Assembly: GCA_963798085.1 (NCBI GenBank)
Contig: CAWCRS010000003.1
Span: forward strand, 288,001-352,000
Direction of reading: 5' to 3'
Source: an uncultured Gemmatimonadales bacterium
GTDB taxonomy: Bacteria; Gemmatimonadota; Gemmatimonadetes; Longimicrobiales; RSA9
DNA: 64,000 nt
Shown: positions 61,414 through 64,000 of the stretch, one piece after another
Numbering within the stretch: position 1 is the first letter of the stretch
Layout of the letters: every line of letters begins with the position of its first letter
Notes under the pieces: model-generated
Told to the model about the DNA's origin: nothing
Database searches by the model: none
Seen by the model: the letters and a program-made list of their open reading frames with translations, nothing else
Program-made: the position numbers and the translations under genes

Positions 61414-62161
61414 GGAGTCCCTGCACGAATGCCTTGAGCTCGCCCTGCAGCGGCTGTCCTGTCTCGGCCTCGAACTTGTGTGCGGAGCGGCTCAGGCGGC
61501 GCAGCATGCTGGAGACATCGGCGCGGGAGGCGCGGCGCACGACGCGGCAGCGATCGAGGTCGAGGAGATGCGGCCAGGGCGCGCCCGCCCGCCAGCCTAC
61601 CAGGATATTACGCAGGTTGAGGTCGGCGTGAACGATGCCGGCGGCGGCGGCATCGTGCACGAGCCGGCCGGCGGCCCACCAGGCCAGCATGCGCTGCGGA
61701 TCGGGGCGACGACCCGCTCCGAACGTGAGCGTCGCCAGGTCCTGCGCATCGGGCACGAAGCGTGTGGCGAGATCGGCGCGGTAGAAGAGGGTGGCCGGGT
61801 AGAGCACTGCGGCGGTCACTTCGGGTGTGGTGACGCCGCGCGCGCGGGCGAATGCGCTGGCCCACAATTCCCGCCAGGGTCGCGGTACACCCAGGCGGGG
61901 GTAGCGGTCGCCGAGCCGGCGGGCAACCGCGCCACCGCGCACGTAGTGACGCACCACCCAGTCACCGTCGGGTCCGGCAATGACGCATGCGGGCACGCGG
62001 CCCTGCAGGGTCAGCCGCGCGTTGCCGGTGGCGAACCGGTACAGCGTGCCGCCCTGCTGTATGGCGCTTTCCACGAACGGGCGGTGATCGGCGCACGACA
62101 CCACGATGGCACCCGGCAAACGGCTCGACTCGTACCCACTCGGCGGGCGCACTGGTAACAC
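61406..62161 (-). CDS. LPS/Kdo kinase family protein (KdkA/InaA-like)
   Basis: VVRHYVRGG, YRADLAT, HADLNLRNIL, LDLDR; start inferred at GTG 62161. Confidence 0.85.
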   Translation of the reverse strand: MLPVRPPSGYESSRLPGAIVVSCADHRPFVESAIQQGGTLYRFATGNARLTLQGRVPACVIAGPDGDWVVRHYVRGGAVARRLGDRYPRLGVPRPWRELWASAFARARGVTTPEVTAAVLYPATLFYRADLATRFVPDAQDLATLTFGAGRRPDPQRMLAWWAAGRLVHDAAAAGIVHADLNLRNILVGWRAGAPWPHLLDLDRCRVVRRASRADVSSMLRRLSRSAHKFEAETGQPLQGELKAFVQGLHV

Positions 62162-62165
62162 GTTG

Positions 62166-62600
62166 TCAGCGCGGGCGGAAACTGCCCAGGCGCAGGGGTG
62201 GCTCGATGGTGTAGGCGAAGCGCAGGCGGTTCTCCGTCTCCACGACAATGGTCGTCTGCTGGCCACGCGTCTTGGGATAGTCGACGCCGGCCTGGCTCTC
62301 GATGAGGAGCACACCGTCGGATCCCGCCTCCGCTTCCAGCTCGGCAATGCGCTCCTGCAGTGTGCGCAGCACGGCCTGTTCGACTTCATCCTGCACATCG
62401 CCATCGGCGTGCGCAGTGAGCTCGTGGACGTCGCCGCGCTGGTAGCGCTGCTCGAAATCTGCCACGCTCAGGGTAACAGTACCGTCGCGGGTGAAGCCGA
62501 CCTCGTTCATGGCGTGCGCGTCGAAAGCCGGGCGTACGCTCAGCATTTTGTCGCCGAAGCGGCGCAGAATCACGATCTCCTCCCCCAGGCATCGTGTCAC
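62166..62600 (-). CDS. Conserved hypothetical protein
   Basis: Acidic ORF (GVDYPKTR, ENRLRF) co-oriented with and 4 bp from the kinase; start uncertain. Confidence 0.65.
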   Translation of the reverse strand: MTRCLGEEIVILRRFGDKMLSVRPAFDAHAMNEVGFTRDGTVTLSVADFEQRYQRGDVHELTAHADGDVQDEVEQAVLRTLQERIAELEAEAGSDGVLLIESQAGVDYPKTRGQQTTIVVETENRLRFAYTIEPPLRLGSFRPR

Positions 62601-62701
62601 ACGCCAAGTTAGATACAGGCCGGAGTTCGCGGCCAGTAGCCGTGGTACGGGGCGTGGTGCTTGACCATGCCGTGGCAGGTGAGCGAAACTGGGCGACGAG
62701 C

Positions 62702-63303
<602 letters not shown>

Positions 63304-63307
<4 letters not shown>

Positions 63308-64000
63308 ACCGGCAGCAACGGGAGCGCATCGAGTCCCTGTTCAATGCGGCGCTCGATCTCGAGAGCGACGCGCGTGCCGCATTTCTCGAGCAGGCCTGCG
63401 CAGACGAACCCGCACTTCTCACGGAAGTGAATGCGCTGCTCGCGGCGCACGAGCGGTCAGCGGGTCTGCTGGAAGTCGACGTAACGGCCGTCGCGTCCGC
63501 GCTGCTGACACCGCTTCCGCCTGCGCGCATCGGACCGTACAGCATCGTGCGGCAGCTGGGTGCGGGCGGCATGGGTGCGGTCTTTCTCGCTGAGCGCGAC
63601 GACGGGCAGTTCCATCGTCTGGTCGCGATCAAGGTCATGCGCGCCGGCACCGATCCCGGCGAGCTGAGCCGCCGCCTCGAGCAGGAACGGCAGATCCTGG
63701 CCTCGCTGGACCATCCGAACATCGCGCGACTGTTCGACGGCGGCGTTCTGCCCGATGGGCGGCCGTACCTGGTCATGGAGTACGTCCAGGGCCAACCCAT
63801 CGACGCGCACTGCGACGCGCAGCGGCTGACGATCGAGCAGCGACTGGCGCTGTTCTGCCCGGTAGCCAGAGCCGTGCACTACGCGCACGGCAATCTGGTG
63901 GTGCATCGTGACCTCAAGCCTTCCAACATCCTGGTCAACGAGCAGGGCGTGCCCAAGCTGCTCGACTTCGGCATAGCCAAGATCCTGGACGCGGCGCAGA
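63304..64000 (+). CDS. Ser/Thr protein kinase, 3' end beyond the window (absent from the ORF track)
   Basis: ATGA overlap; MNRQQRERIESLFNAALDL, LGAGGMGAV, VAIK, HPNIARL, HRDLKPSN, LLDFGIAK. Confidence 0.93.

Overview
GC-rich bacterial chromosomal segment. The gene content (SusC/SusD pairs, PorX-like regulator, ECF sigma/Ser-Thr kinase pairs, ADOP-type permease, carboxypeptidase-like/plug protein) suggests an FCB-group organism, probably Gemmatimonadota; this is inference, not a database result. Left to right: TonB receptor with an OmpR-type two-component system, divergent from a heme-type ABC importer; AsmA-like gene; lipoprotein-ECF-kinase unit; DHFR-like/TetR pair; ADOP permease; a three-gene KaiC-like ATPase/PAS-kinase operon; a repeat-rich surface protein; M48 peptidase, L,D-transpeptidase and a metzincin-like protein; tRNA-Val(CAC) and tRNA-Glu(CTC); a di-heme protein; two highly similar tandem SusC/SusD pairs; an LPS/lipid A cluster containing a PorX-like REC-PglZ gene; and a second ECF/kinase pair cut by the window end. 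At least ten genes carry single-base frameshifts, most likely uncorrected read or assembly errors. No CRISPR array, rRNA, transposase or integrase was seen. The most unusual signals are two elements with shared 20-bp terminal inverted repeats bracketing the 8-gene LPS/PorX block, a tandem structured-RNA-like motif in a susC leader, a short array with C/D-box-like motifs, and a KaiC-like ATPase with a putative C-terminal winged-helix domain.
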